A DNA stretch of 64,000 nt from Mayamaea pseudoterrestris. Taxonomy: Eukaryota. Where the stretch lies: assembly GCA_027923505.1 (NCBI GenBank), contig BROI01000002.1, forward strand, positions 992,001 to 1,056,000. The letters run 5' to 3'. Numbering within the stretch: position 1 is the stretch's first letter; each line of letters starts with the position of its first letter. Shown piece by piece: positions 10,974-23,223 of this stretch. The notes under the pieces are model-generated. The model was not told the DNA's origin. It worked only from the letters and a program-made list of their open reading frames with translations, and searched no databases. A program made the position numbers and the translations under genes.

Positions 10974-13120
10974 ATGAAGCTGTCTGCCACCCCAATACTT
11001 CTCGGAAACGAGGCGAACGCTTTTGATGTCGACACTGACACATCCATCTCGCCTCAAAACTTTGTAAATCTTCTCGACCAGCACAAGGCCTTACTGTTGC
11101 AAGGCTCTGAAGCAGTTTTGACGGTTCAAGATTTTGGAAAATTGGTGGTTGGTTTTCAGCTCACGCCGTATCCCTATATTGGCGGTGCAGCTCCACGGCG
11201 AATCATTCCGGTGGATGCCGGAAAGGATATTGTCTTTACGGCGAACGAATCGTAAGTGATCAAAAACAAAACGGATTATTTTAGACATATTTACTCGTCA
11301 ACTCTTGGCTTTCTCAAACTTTACACTTTTTGCTTTCACAGTCCACCAGACCAGCCCATTCCCTTTCATCATGAGCTCGCCCAAACTCCCAGTCCACCCG
11401 AGTATGTTTTCTTCTACTGCGACCACCCAGCTCAAGAGGGCGGCCAAACGCCGCTGATTGATTCAACTTTGGTGTATCGCTTCGCGCAGGAGAATCATCC
11501 CGACTTCATTTCCAAACTCCGCGTACACGGCGCTCGCTACATTCGCACACTGCCTGCCGAGGACGATTCCACCAGTCCCATTGGCCGGTCCTATCAGAAG
11601 GCCTACAATGTTGACTCGCACGAGCAACTGGAATCCAAACTGGCGACTGAAATGGTGGGCGCCAGTTGCGCATGGCTGCCGGATGGAAGCGTTCGCATTA
11701 CCACGCAGGCAGTTCCGGCTATTCGGTTGGTGGGGAGTCATGCAACCAACCATGTGTTTCAGGAAACCTTTAGCAACTCCATCATTGCCGCGTACTTGGG
11801 ATGGCAGGATGTTCGCAATGATCGACATGATGCATTGAGGTTTGGAAACATGGAGAAGATGGATGAGAATGTGCTTGAAAGTATTGCTGGTTTCATGGAG
11901 AGAGAGCGCATCATGTACTCATGGAAGAAGGGTGACATTATTGCGATTAACAATATGTGTACGTTAAAGAATGTTGCCAAATACTGGCATTGTCACAGAA
12001 AGCAAAACATTAATACTTTTACCCATTCTCGTTTGTTGCAGTGGTCATGCACAGCCGCAACCCCTTTGTGGGAGAACGACGAGTCTATGCATCAATATGG
12101 GGTCCGCCTGCGTCAAAGACTTTTCCACCCAAGAATGGCGTGGCGATAGGTGCTCGACCCGATGCATTTTTCTTACCACTTGAGCCTGCAGACCCGCTTG
12201 TTTTTGGCTTTTGGAAGGTTTCAAAGGAGACTGTCGCCGAAGTTTGCTACCAGGCCATTGCCGCTGGATACCGACGACTCGACTGCGCCTGCGACTATGG
12301 CAACGAGAAGGAAGTTGGTGAAGGCATTGCCCGTGCCATCAAGGATGGGCTTTGTGCGCGAGATGATTTGTTCGTCACAAGCAAGCTGTGGAATACGTAT
12401 CACAAACCGGAACATGTCCCGCTTGCCGTGTCGCGGACGTTGGAAGATTTGCAGCTAGAATATATTGACGAGTATCTGATTCACTTTCCCATTTCGACTG
12501 AGTATGTTCCTATTGAAACGAAATATCCTCCGGAATGGACAAATACGGAAGGGAAGATGGTGATTGTCGCTAATGACATGTGCGCTACTTGGAAGGCGCT
12601 GGAGGAGCTTTATGAAAAGGGTCTCTTGAAGACCATTGGCGTCTGCAACTTTTCGACGCAACTATTGCGGCAGATACTTTCAATATGCCGCATTCGACCG
12701 TCTACACTACAGATTGAGCTGCACCCGCACAATTCGCAGGAGAAGCTTGTTCGTTTCGCACGTGACGCTGGTATGCATGTCACCGCCTTTTCTGTTTTTG
12801 GCGCGTCGTCATACATTGAGCTTGATATGGCGACACAGACAGATCTTTTGATGCAGGACAAAACAATTTGTGAGATTGCGCAGAAGAAGAGCAAGAGTCC
12901 TGCTCAAGTGTTGCTTCGCTGGGCTATCCAGCGCAACACCAACCCACTGTGCAAGACTTCTACTACGGAACGCATGGCTGAGAACCGCAACGTTTTCGAC
13001 TTTTACCTTACAGGGGAGGAAATGAGACGCATTAATGCGCTCAACAAGAACCGGCGATACAATGATCCGGGAGCGTTTTGTGAACCTGGCATGGGCACTT
13101 TCTGCCCCATATACGAGTAG
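10974..13120 (+). CDS. Fusion: clavaminate synthase-like (TauD family) Fe(II)/2OG dioxygenase + aldo-keto reductase (xylose reductase/AKR2-like); introns 11252-11341 and 11959-12041
   Basis: Spliced product reads FTANESPPDQPIPFHHELAQ...DIIAINNMLVMHSRNPFVGERR, then continues with no stop into GFWKV...GYRRLDCACDYGNE...LFVTSKLW...YLIHFP...IGVCNF...QIELHP. Confidence 0.88.
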
Positions 13121-13245
13121 TGGCTATTTTAAATCAAAAGATAATATTTTTCGCCTTTATCGTTTACATAGTCAACTGTACATTAGTTTCGATCTTGGTG
13201 GCAATAATTTTCATCGCTTCGTTCCTTTCCCAAGGTATAAGACAA

Positions 13246-14496
13246 TTAGAACAAGTTCGCAAACGAATCCGGTTTCGCCGACTGCTGCGGTTGATGGCTG
13301 TTCCTCTGCTGTGGCATGGAGCTCAAGCTGTGCTGCTGCATTCCACTTCCCATGCCATATTGCGCCATCATGCTCGTACCATTCATACCGTTTGTACCGC
13401 CCATGAATGGCTGTTGTTGCATGCCCATGTTCAGAGACGCATTAGCGTTCATTGGCATATTCATCATGTTCATTCCTCCCATTGTTGGTTGCTGTTGCAT
13501 TCCCATCATGTTTATATTACTGTTGTTACCATTCATCATCATTTGCTGTTGCTGATAGGCTGGGTGCGTCATTCCCATCATTTGCATCATGTATTGCTGC
13601 TGCTGTTGCGGCTGCATGGGCATGCCCATTCTTGGGCCCTGGCTGCCTCCCATGGCCGAAATAAGACTGGCATTGCCAGAGTTGCCCTGCATGATTGGCT
13701 TCCTTGCTGGCGCAACAGCAGGTGCTGACGTAAAGTTCCCAAACATGTCGTTTGCCGAATCGCTGAAGCCAAAGGTGTTATTGCCATTGTTGTTGCTGGT
13801 CGCCGCTTGTATAGTTCCATTCGAAAAGGCGGCAAACGGATCGTTAGCCATGGCAGCTCGAGGTGCTGCCACTGGAGCACTAGCAAAATCGCCAAAGCTG
13901 TCATGTCCTGCAGCCATGCTCGACGGTGCAGCGGTCCAAATGTCAGTCGTTGCTGCAGCAGCAGGCGCCGGGGCGGAAAACGCGTCAAAGTCAAGCAAAT
14001 CGGCAGTTGCAACTGGAGCAGGGGCTGCAGCAGCAAACGCTGGAGCTGAAGCAAAGACGACGCGAGGTTGAGCTTCTTCGTGGATTCGCAATTGAACTGA
14101 CTGTTCTTCAACACCGGATCCGTTATCCTCGCTATAGTAAATCTTGCGAGCATATGCCGCTTCAATGAATCGCTTGTAGACTGAAATGTCATCTCCAGGT
14201 CTCGGTCGTCCTCCCTGTCCAATTGGCGGCGCCCTGGCAAGCCACGTACTTCTACATCCATCGTTTCCATTCGCCTTGACAATCTGCAAAACCTCCGCGT
14301 CCGTCCATGCCGACATGGTTAAGCTTTTGCACCGATGCGAAATGGCTTGGTGCGAGGACTTGCACTCGTTGCAGACAAAGGCGAGACTCAGCATACAAAC
14401 GCTACTGAATCCAAACTTCTTTTCGCAGCCGCAATTTGGACAAATTGCATTGGATGGCTGGCGAGCGAGCTTCTTGATACGTTCCTCGGCGAGCAT
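13246..14496 (-). CDS. ArfGAP-domain protein (AGFG/AGD14-like) with M/Q/N-rich C-terminus
   Basis: PSNAICPNC...FVCNECKSSHQAISHRCKSLTMSAWT zinc finger; DLLDF, DPF and FGDF adaptor-binding motifs. Confidence 0.85.
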   Translation of the reverse strand: MLAEERIKKLARQPSNAICPNCGCEKKFGFSSVCMLSLAFVCNECKSSHQAISHRCKSLTMSAWTDAEVLQIVKANGNDGCRSTWLARAPPIGQGGRPRPGDDISVYKRFIEAAYARKIYYSEDNGSGVEEQSVQLRIHEEAQPRVVFASAPAFAAAAPAPVATADLLDFDAFSAPAPAAAATTDIWTAAPSSMAAGHDSFGDFASAPVAAPRAAMANDPFAAFSNGTIQAATSNNNGNNTFGFSDSANDMFGNFTSAPAVAPARKPIMQGNSGNASLISAMGGSQGPRMGMPMQPQQQQQYMMQMMGMTHPAYQQQQMMMNGNNSNINMMGMQQQPTMGGMNMMNMPMNANASLNMGMQQQPFMGGTNGMNGTSMMAQYGMGSGMQQHSLSSMPQQRNSHQPQQSAKPDSFANLF

Positions 14497-14975
14497 GATG
14501 ATGCGTGTGAACCGTGACCTGGCAGCTTGTCGTCGATGGGTGCTGAAAATATCCAGAAATTTCCCTACCGGTAAACAGAGGGACTTTCGCGTCGAAGCTG
14601 GCTTTTCGTCGCAGTCACTGAATACTGGAAATCAAGATTGTTTTGTTGCAGTCGCTTGGTTCAGCGTGTGTGATCATGGTGAAGTCGAAAAGTCATCGTG
14701 ACGGTTGTCAAAGGTCGCAGTGTCACTACTAACTTACAAAGCATGAGTGAAAGCTACCGTAGTAGTTCAAGTTGATAATAACACGTCATCGCTAGCTGCG
14801 CCCCAATGACTCACGAACGATTTTTATCGCAAGTTCGACGGAACTCCTTCGACTTCCAACCAAGGGGGTGTAACGTGGCTGACGCACCGATTCCCGAGCC
14901 CGTCGCATGCCATTGATCCTCACAAAACACAATCGGCACTTATTCCTCTCTCTTCCAACAAGACCTATTCTGACC

Positions 14976-16224
14976 ATGAGCGACCTCGAAATCCTTTCCA
15001 AGTTCACCATCGGTGGCCAGGAGCTCAGCAACCGCGTTGTCCTTGCTCCCATGACTCGCGCTCGGTAAGTTTATCGCCGGAGAAGAATTTTGGTCGACCA
15101 ATGATAAGAGATAAGAGTCATCACTCTGACCGACTTTTCTCACTCACCTTCATCATACATTTTCTGATCGCATACATAGGTGCACTCCCAACTCGGACGC
15201 TCCCTTTAGCTTCGAATGCAGTGCTCCCAATGACCTTCATGTCGAGTACTACACGCAACGAGCGTCGGCTGGTTTGGTCATCACCGAAGGAACTCACTTT
15301 TCCGAGGACGGCAGTGGCTGGCTCTACGCGCCACACATTACCACGGATGAACATGTGGAAGCATGGAAAAAGGTGACGGACTCGGTTCACGCCAAGAATG
15401 GCAAGATTTACCTGCAGCTGTGGCATTTGGGACGTCAGTGCCACACCAGTTTGCATCCAAACACAAAGCGCATCGTTTCGGCATCTGAAATACCCATGGG
15501 CGGCGGCAACAAGACTAAGACTGTCACTGGAGAGTATTCTGAACCGGAAACACCACATGCGTTGACGATTGAGGAGATTCAGCAAACCATTAAAGACTTT
15601 GCGACTGGTGCAATGCAGGCCAAAAAGGCCGGATTCGATGGCGTCGAGATTCACAGTGCCAATGGTTACCTTGTCGATCAGTTTATTCAAAGCTCCAGCA
15701 ATTCGCGGACGGACGAGTATGGTGGAAGCATGGAGAACCGCACTCGACTGCTGGTAGAAATCTTTCAGGCCATTGTTGATAGTGGAGCATTTCCAGCTGA
15801 TCGCGTTGGCTTTCGCTTGTCGCCCAATGGAGCGTTCGGCGGCATGGGATCGGAAGACAATTTTGAAACATTCATTCACGTTGCCAAGACGATGAATGAG
15901 CTCAAACCAGCGTACCTTCACCTTATGGACGGCCTTGGATTTGGCTTTCACAACAAGTGCAAGGTCGTCCGCGCCGCTGATATTCGCAAAGTCTTTGACG
16001 GTCCAATCATTGCCAACGTTGGCTTGACCAAGGAGACGGCGGAAGGTTTGGTTCGATCTGGCGCGGCTGACTTGGTTGCATTTGGTCGCCCCTACATTGC
16101 CAATCCGGATTTGGTCGAGCGATTCCAAAACAATTGGCCGCTGGCCGAAAGCACCGACCAGGCTCATTGGTGGGGACATTTGGGCGCGGAGGGTTACACG
16201 GACTTTCCTGCCTACAGTGAATAA
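14976..16224 (+). CDS. Old yellow enzyme family NADH:flavin oxidoreductase (NemA/OPR-like); intron 15065-15179
   Basis: Exon 1 MSDLEILSKFTIGGQELSNRVVLAPMTRAR; then YYTQRASAGLVITEGT, QLWHLGR, AGFDGVEIHSANGYL, RTDEYGGS, FGRPYIANPDL, GYTDFP. Confidence 0.93.
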
Positions 16225-16321
16225 ATCACTATGTAGAAGCCAATGAGCAAACATGCTGACACGGATTACAAGGTGTGGTCCGATCTAACAAAGACTTATA
16301 AATTATAGCGTTTGCGACCGT

Positions 16322-17509
16322 TTATATGTACCATGGTGTTTTGGCCAACCATGACAAGGATGTAACAGCCAGTGCCGCGTCGACTGGCTTCGTTTCTAAT
16401 ATGATCTTTTCACGTGGATAATCGTTTGCCGATGCCCATGGAGCGATTTTTAGACCTACCATGATAGCTCGACAAGCCGGAGCAACGAGGACGACATCAA
16501 CAGCGTACACCGCCAGCCACTCGGATATCTGTGAAGCCGCTGCAGACTGTGACTCTTCACCCTCCTCAACTGAAACATGCACCAACGAGCAAAAGCTACT
16601 CAGCTCCTTTTGAAACTTGGCCAAGACAGACGTGCTTGAAACTGCAACGCCAACGCGCGGCCTCACACAAAACACAGGCGATATACCTGTATACCGTTCA
16701 AAGTCTGGCTTGTCGAACCAATATCCATCACCTGGTGTGACAGTTGGTGTCCATATTCCGCAATCGGTGACAGTGATGTTTACATGTGGCTCTTCCGTGC
16801 CACTGCCTTGCCCACACTTTTCAATGGCATCAATCACGCCCCAGCCACTGATTACTCTACCAAATATAACATGTTTTCCATCGCATTGCGGTGCCGCAGC
16901 AAAGGTTATGTACCATTGACTCGAGTTACTATTCTTGCCGCTATTGCCCATGCCCAAGATTCCTCGTTGATTGTGATTTTTCAACAAACCAGCTCGCTCA
17001 TCCTTGAACTTCTTCCCATTAAATATAGACTCTCCGCCACTTCCATTCCCCATGACCAAGTCACCTCCTTGGCAAATGAATCCAGGAACAACTCTATGAA
17101 TGACAGTATTCAAGAATGAAAGCGGCTTGCCTGATGTGCCAATGGGAGGCGGGGGCGACAAACTGCTTCCATTGGCGCAAAGCGTCGCAAAGTTTTCGCA
17201 CGCTAGCGGCGTCGATTCCCAATCCAGTTTCAAAACGATGCGACTACCATGAGGTGCTGGCTTGACTAGCATTTGGTGGTTGATGGGAGCAGCCTGCAGA
17301 CGAGTCTGCCACTCGTGATCGGTCGCCATTAACTCTGGAATGCGATTCAGTTCCGACCCACCAAGCTCGCGCAAGTCCTTGTTGCTAAAGCCGTAGCGTG
17401 TATCCGTCGCATGAATAAAGGCTGCAGTCGTTGCCAGTTTTTGACGAGCATGGTTTATGTCAATGTCTAGATAGCAGTATTGCGCCGTCTCTGGGTTAAT
17501 GCTGGACAT
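16322..17509 (-). CDS. Cyclophilin-type peptidyl-prolyl isomerase with N- and C-terminal extensions
   Basis: PLACENFATLC, HRVVPGFICQGGD, GSGGESI, MGNSGKNSNSSQWYIT, DGKHVIFGRV. Confidence 0.9.
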   Translation of the reverse strand: MSSINPETAQYCYLDIDINHARQKLATTAAFIHATDTRYGFSNKDLRELGGSELNRIPELMATDHEWQTRLQAAPINHQMLVKPAPHGSRIVLKLDWESTPLACENFATLCANGSSLSPPPPIGTSGKPLSFLNTVIHRVVPGFICQGGDLVMGNGSGGESIFNGKKFKDERAGLLKNHNQRGILGMGNSGKNSNSSQWYITFAAAPQCDGKHVIFGRVISGWGVIDAIEKCGQGSGTEEPHVNITVTDCGIWTPTVTPGDGYWFDKPDFERYTGISPVFCVRPRVGVAVSSTSVLAKFQKELSSFCSLVHVSVEEGEESQSAAASQISEWLAVYAVDVVLVAPACRAIMVGLKIAPWASANDYPREKIILETKPVDAALAVTSLSWLAKTPWYI

Positions 17510-17985
17510 GCGACTTTGCAGCAAGAAATGGGAGACAAACTGATTGAATTTGATCAACGAACCCGTTTAATAGGTGTGAAAGAACTTGCAAAGGCCGTGT
17601 AAAGGAGAACAACGTGCGCCATGGTATGGTCGACGTCTCGTGTCGCCATCCTGTCGTATGTCGGAACGGTTTACGAAAAAGAAGAACCGCTGCGACGCTC
17701 GCTACAAGGCGAAACGAGGCACTGATTTCTCTCGCAGATAACAGATGAAATTGTAATGATCAAATAGTTATATACAGTAGAAATACGACACTTTTTTGAG
17801 CAAACTGAGGGTAAGAAGTCGGAGCTTTTTCTAACGAGACGTCGCGCTCGGCGGCATTACCAGAATGTCGTACGATAACCACTACGACAAATTTAGCCCG
17901 CGCACTTTTCTCTCATGGACACTTGGCCTGAACACACACCCATTCGTCGTTGCCTTTTCTCTGCGTCACATTGACTATACTCAAC

Positions 17986-18612
17986 ATGTCTGCCAAGCCA
18001 AGCTCCCATTGTGATCACGGATATGATACGCGGCTTCCAGATGGCTCTGACCCATACAAGGAAGCCATGAACGAACTCGTTCGCGTCTGTTGCACTCCAA
18101 TCGATGCAAAGAATAACAAACGTACTGTCACGCTTTATCGTCCTTTTTACTGTGATCCGATCTTTCTCCGCAAAATTGTCGCTGCTGCTTTGATGCAGTT
18201 GGAAAAGAACATGAAGATAACACCTTATTTGGCAAGTCTCGCTGTACAGATTATGTTGGCTGAGAGCATGGTTGAAGAAACAGTTATCGACGGGGCCACG
18301 ATTTCCAACGTTTGTGCCTGTGAGGCGAACGCGCTTTTATTCTTTTTGGATCGAGCGTCCTGTTCGTGCTTTGCTCAGCAGAAGGAAGCGACTCTTGCCT
18401 TACCCGAGACCGAATGCTGCGTTTTCAAAGGTTGTGCAAAGATTATCGAGCGCTACAAAATGCTTATGTGCGCCAATTGCAAGGCTAGCGCTTACTGTTC
18501 AAAGGAATGCCAAGCAAACGACTGGAAGGACGGCCACAAGCGTATGTGTCAGATTTATGCTCTCCAATTCTACGTATGTCAATACAATGAATGCGATTCG
18601 GTGGGACTTTGA
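17986..18612 (+). CDS. MYND zinc-finger protein
   Basis: CVFKGC...LMCANCKASAYCSKECQANDWKDGHKRMC. Confidence 0.85.
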   Translation: MSAKPSSHCDHGYDTRLPDGSDPYKEAMNELVRVCCTPIDAKNNKRTVTLYRPFYCDPIFLRKIVAAALMQLEKNMKITPYLASLAVQIMLAESMVEETVIDGATISNVCACEANALLFFLDRASCSCFAQQKEATLALPETECCVFKGCAKIIERYKMLMCANCKASAYCSKECQANDWKDGHKRMCQIYALQFYVCQYNECDSVGL

Positions 18613-18738
18613 TAAGGTTGGCTGCACTATCCCTACTCTCTGGCTCTGTTACAGATACTTACATAGTACATGGCAATCTGCCAATAGTATAAGAACGAAG
18701 GCACGGCACTAGTAATTTGAATCGTAATTGATTGCATA

Positions 18739-21705
18739 TTACTCGTTTCTCTCTTCCGACGTTGTTGGCGGAGATGTAAGCGCTTGTGATTCCGATTGTC
18801 CATCGACCCCTCCATCTTCAATGTCACGCAGGCTGTCGGGCATCAAGTTAGGATCAGGTAGCTCGGGAAGGACTACCTTCCGCTTTAACGCTGGCTGCGT
18901 GTACTCGTCTTCGGCAATGGAGTATATGTCGCAATTGCCAATATGCTTCATCTCAGCCTCCATGCACGCGTCAGCCGTCAGGTGCTCTGCCACCTTGAAG
19001 TGTTGTTGATTAACGTAGCCGTAGAACAACGCGGAAACGACGATCAATGGCACCATCAAGGGGACTGCAATGATGGATTGGCGCAGTCCAAGAATACCCA
19101 AAGTTATAATCTCGGCAATTAGCATGCAGGACAAGAGAATTTTGATGGCCTTTGGCCACAGCTTTCCGCCACTGTCAGGGGTCGGAGCATAGATGAAGAT
19201 ATTCTGATTTGTAAAAGCAACTTGAAGCCAAAGAAAACAGAATGCGGCAATGAAGGATACCAAAGGTGCGATAGCAGCGTACACAAACAGAACCATGTAT
19301 AGCAGGACCACCGATGACATAAAATCGGCTTGCGGAAATGCGGATATATGACGTAGCGGAAAAAAGAGGCCGATAAAAGGTCGCTTCCGTTCGCGCGGCG
19401 TCACCCTTGGACCACAGAAGCGGCGAACAGCAGCGAAAATAAGAGGTACCAGTCGCGTGAGCTCCAAGCCTGAACTCATAACCGTGCTGACAAAGATAAT
19501 CTGTATGAAGTATGAACTATTGCGAGCAAGTTCGGTGGCAAGCAGATCAACAAGCAACAGAGGATTTGCCAGGATTTCCTGAACCTGGCCGGCAATCTGA
19601 GACGCGACTGAGACAGCACCTTTCGTGATTGCTGAAATAAAGAAGGTCTGAACAATAGAAAATACCGCAAGCTTGCTGAATTTGGACGCAGTCAGGGTCG
19701 CACCAGAGATTGGGCCTTCCAACATTGAAATCAGACCCAGAATTGTCGGAAGCAAGGAGTTCAAAAGAACCACAAGCAACGGAGCCAAGATGGTCAAGAT
19801 TGGCGCAAGAATAGGGATGGCTTTGATGAGTGAACTAACAAACGGCAAAACTTTCGTCAACGCTGTCACAGAGTTCAGCGAGGCTACAAATGCAATTGGA
19901 ACTGTCCAAAAAATGCAGAGTGTTCCCGTCGCTACCATGCTGAGTAGCCATCCGAGTTGAAGATCCTGTATAATTAAACAATATATCAGCGCACTCTCTC
20001 ATTGTCAGCTTCATTCCTTTCTCGACACACTCACCTTGTGCGAACGGCCAGTATTCAACCAAAAGACATCCTCTGGTTCCGGCGCTTCAATAACCTCCAT
20101 CGTGAACGGCTTGTCGTGCTGTAACCTGCAGAGTAAGAGAAAATAGTGCTGAGATTCTTTGATCTATGTGGTCAACCCACTGCAGAATACATCCTTTTCT
20201 TACATTTGAAGTGTACTATGTACAGCACTGAGACGATTAACGACGACGAATGCCGCATCGTTATATTCACCCTCATGGTTTTGAAGAATGGACGCCGCCT
20301 GCGCTGCTGCCGATGCAGCCGTCGTTGCAACCGTCGAAACAGCATGAGTGGCCGTCGACGCCACTGCATTTGCCGTGAAAACCCCAGCCTTGGCGGCGAT
20401 CTTTGCAGTAGTCGTGACAAAGTTCCCCGTCTGCCGCTTGCGTTGCGGTGGAGTAGCTGGGGGTTGTCCCGCTGGTGCGTCGTGTTCTGACATGGATGCC
20501 AGTGACAGGTTCATATTGCTTCCACTAGTCACTCTGCCTTTTAGAAGCGACTCGGCGCGAGCATGAACATCATCTTCACCATAACGTAATAAGCGGTCCG
20601 TTTCTGTCGCCGGCTGCTGGACATGCACAAGACTCGAATGCGTCACTGGATATTTGCTTAATTCCTCCGTTGCCGTCTCATCCGTCGAAATTTCCGTCAC
20701 TTGTTGATAATCATACTGTTTACGACGAATCGCTTCGATGCGCTCCTTGATGTCTCGATTCAGCTCAATCAACTCTTGCGTATACGCATCAACCGCACTA
20801 ACCTGATGACTTCCTCGTAATGGTGTCACTATGCGTGGCAGAGACCGCTGCGAAAGCATTGGCTCCCGACCCGTTCGTTCCCGCAGCAAAATGGCTCGCT
20901 CCAGCTTGGCCACGACAACATCTCGCCGCGCCACTAACTTGGACAAATTAGGCACTCGCATGAGGAAGTCAATCTCCACGACTGTTGCTTGCGAATACAA
21001 GTGTCGAAAAAAGTCTTCGAGGCGTTGATTGCTGCGAAAATCTGGTGGAATGTTTCGGATAAAGACGGTGTAGTTGCGTGCCTCGGGCCGCAGCAAAAAG
21101 GCGTGCCGACGATCAATGTACCAGTACAGTTCGTAGTAGACTGTATACATGAGATAGCCAAAGAGTACGTAGGACGCAACTGCTGTTCCAGCCAACCGAT
21201 AAGAACCAGACGGAACATTGGCAATGGTCAAAGATGCAATTGGATCAGTCACATTGGACGTGTCAATGGCGATTGGCGAAGTCGAGTACAGTGGCATGAG
21301 CCAAATGGCATTGAACATTGCCACCAAACTAATGCGAAAGCCCATTCTCAACAGTCGCGCCAAGCATAAAAAGTCCAAGGAGCAATTCTCAATAATGTCA
21401 TTTTCCGAAAACAGTAATAGGTTCCATATCCAGCTCACGTATCCAAACATGTTTTCGGCGAGTGGAGTTTTGATTTCATCAATCCAGCTTCGAAGATTGT
21501 ACCATTTGGGACGCCATTGGCGTAACACGCAAAAGGCTGACATGAAGACTAAAAAGACGGATCCATAGACGGTAAAGGTGTTGCGCAAAATTTCGGAATC
21601 GGATTGCGGATTGACAGCCGTGCCATTGCCGCTTGCCATGTCGTTTTGAAGCATGCGAGTCCAAGATGGATCTTCATCATTGAAGGATTGATAGTAGTAC
21701 TTCAT
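18739..21705 (-). CDS. OSCA/CSC1/TMEM63 family mechanosensitive cation channel (introns 20203-20126, 20034-19966)
   Basis: LTIANV, YTVFIRNIP, AAFV; spliced exon 2 gives APEPEDVFWLN; multiple TM helices; YAAIAPL, DSGGKLWP. Start codon uncertain. Confidence 0.9.
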
Positions 21706-22132
21706 GCTGCGAAAGCTAGCGTCGCCAAAGTCGTTCTCGACTGTGCAGCAGCAGTGAGCAGTGAGCAGCAAGCAGCAGTAGCTTTGATGATGGATACAGT
21801 ATATGATGGAGGACGATAACAAAGTCGATACTACACGCCGGGATCAATGACAATCAATCTATTCGTTTAGGTAGATTCGGATTGTCGTTGTTGCAAGTCG
21901 ATTGGTCCATGGCATCCATGTCGAAGAAGATCGAAGTCGTGTCGATGGAAGCTGGCGATACGGACATGGATTTCATTCACGCTTTAAACCCGGTAAGACA
22001 GCATGCCGATTGATGAAGAAGGCGACGAATGTGATGAGAGTGAGTGACGGCCATTGTGATTTCCACTTGACATAGCTGACGACACAAAGCACCTTCATAT
22101 CAGCTCTCCTCAGCTTGCTTCAAGTAGATAGC

Positions 22133-23116
22133 ATGATTATAGACGATCACGAGGAAGAGGAGCGAGAGCTTGCCGACGCCAATGGCGTTCGAGCTCGCTT
22201 TGTGACGGAACAATTTACATATTTTGATCCAAACCCATGGTCCATTTCAATAAGCAAGGCCGCCACTGCAACTGGCGGAATGCTCGTATCAGAAGATCAC
22301 GACTTGACGGGAGTCATGCTTTGGCCAGCCTCGCATCTCATGTGCCAACTTTTAGTGCAGAATGATGTCATAAGACGAGACGCTGCAGACGAAAATCACA
22401 ATGCGCATCATGATTCGTCTGACACAAAGTATTACGTCTTGGAGCTAGGTTCTGGATGCGGCCTCGTTAGTTTGGTTGGAATATTGAAAAGTCGCATGGT
22501 CGACGTTTGGATGGCGACGGACGTCGATGCAAATGCATTAGAGCTATGTCGGAAGAACTTTGCCGCGCATGGATTCACGGAGAACGATGGGCAAGCTAGA
22601 ATCAGATCATTGGCATGGGGTGATGAGCGGCATATCCAAAATATACGCCAAGAGATGGAAGCCTTCATTGGTGGTGGTGATACTTGCAATGGTTTTGATG
22701 CAATCGTTGGAGCCGATATTGTCTACCCAGACACCAATGATGAAACGCTCGGAGCTTTATTTCAAACCGTCGACGCGCTACTGACACCAAAAGGAACCTT
22801 TTACCTTGCCTTTGCAACAAGGGATGGAGCCAAGACACCCTCTAGACTGGTTTACGCGGCGCGCCATGCAGGATATAGCATCGATCGGCTACCTGCGCTT
22901 TCTCCCGAAATTGCAAACAAGCTTCCACCGTTGCTGGATAGCAAATTGCTGATTTTGCGAAAAATTAACAAGATTAGCGAGCTTGATGCAAGCAACTTGG
23001 GTTCTGAAAGCTGCGCCATCTTTCCCGGCTTGTGGGACGCTGTCGAGCGACTGGAGAATCCATCCAGCGACGAGGAGTGGCAAGCACCGCCATTATATGA
23101 ATCGGATGAGGAATGA
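22133..23116 (+). CDS. Protein-lysine methyltransferase, METTL21/Methyltransf_16 family
   Basis: TGVMLWPAS, VLELGSGCG, ATD, LAWG, FDAIVGADIVY. Confidence 0.88.
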   Translation: MIIDDHEEEERELADANGVRARFVTEQFTYFDPNPWSISISKAATATGGMLVSEDHDLTGVMLWPASHLMCQLLVQNDVIRRDAADENHNAHHDSSDTKYYVLELGSGCGLVSLVGILKSRMVDVWMATDVDANALELCRKNFAAHGFTENDGQARIRSLAWGDERHIQNIRQEMEAFIGGGDTCNGFDAIVGADIVYPDTNDETLGALFQTVDALLTPKGTFYLAFATRDGAKTPSRLVYAARHAGYSIDRLPALSPEIANKLPPLLDSKLLILRKINKISELDASNLGSESCAIFPGLWDAVERLENPSSDEEWQAPPLYESDEE

Positions 23117-23223
23117 CACCAACGCTAAACAGGGTGAATTTATACTCTAGCAATTATTAATATTGTATTCTTTCTTTGTACGCTAGCCAAAAAGCAAAAG
23201 CAGATAGTTCGGCATTTGATAGC

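Noticed and set aside
13120..14282. Overlapping His/Cys/Leu-rich ORFs over the ArfGAP gene
   Set aside because: Alternative-frame readings of low-complexity M/Q/N/A codons.
15121..16254. 377-aa minus-strand ORF
   Set aside because: Antisense shadow of the old yellow enzyme gene with no recognisable motifs.
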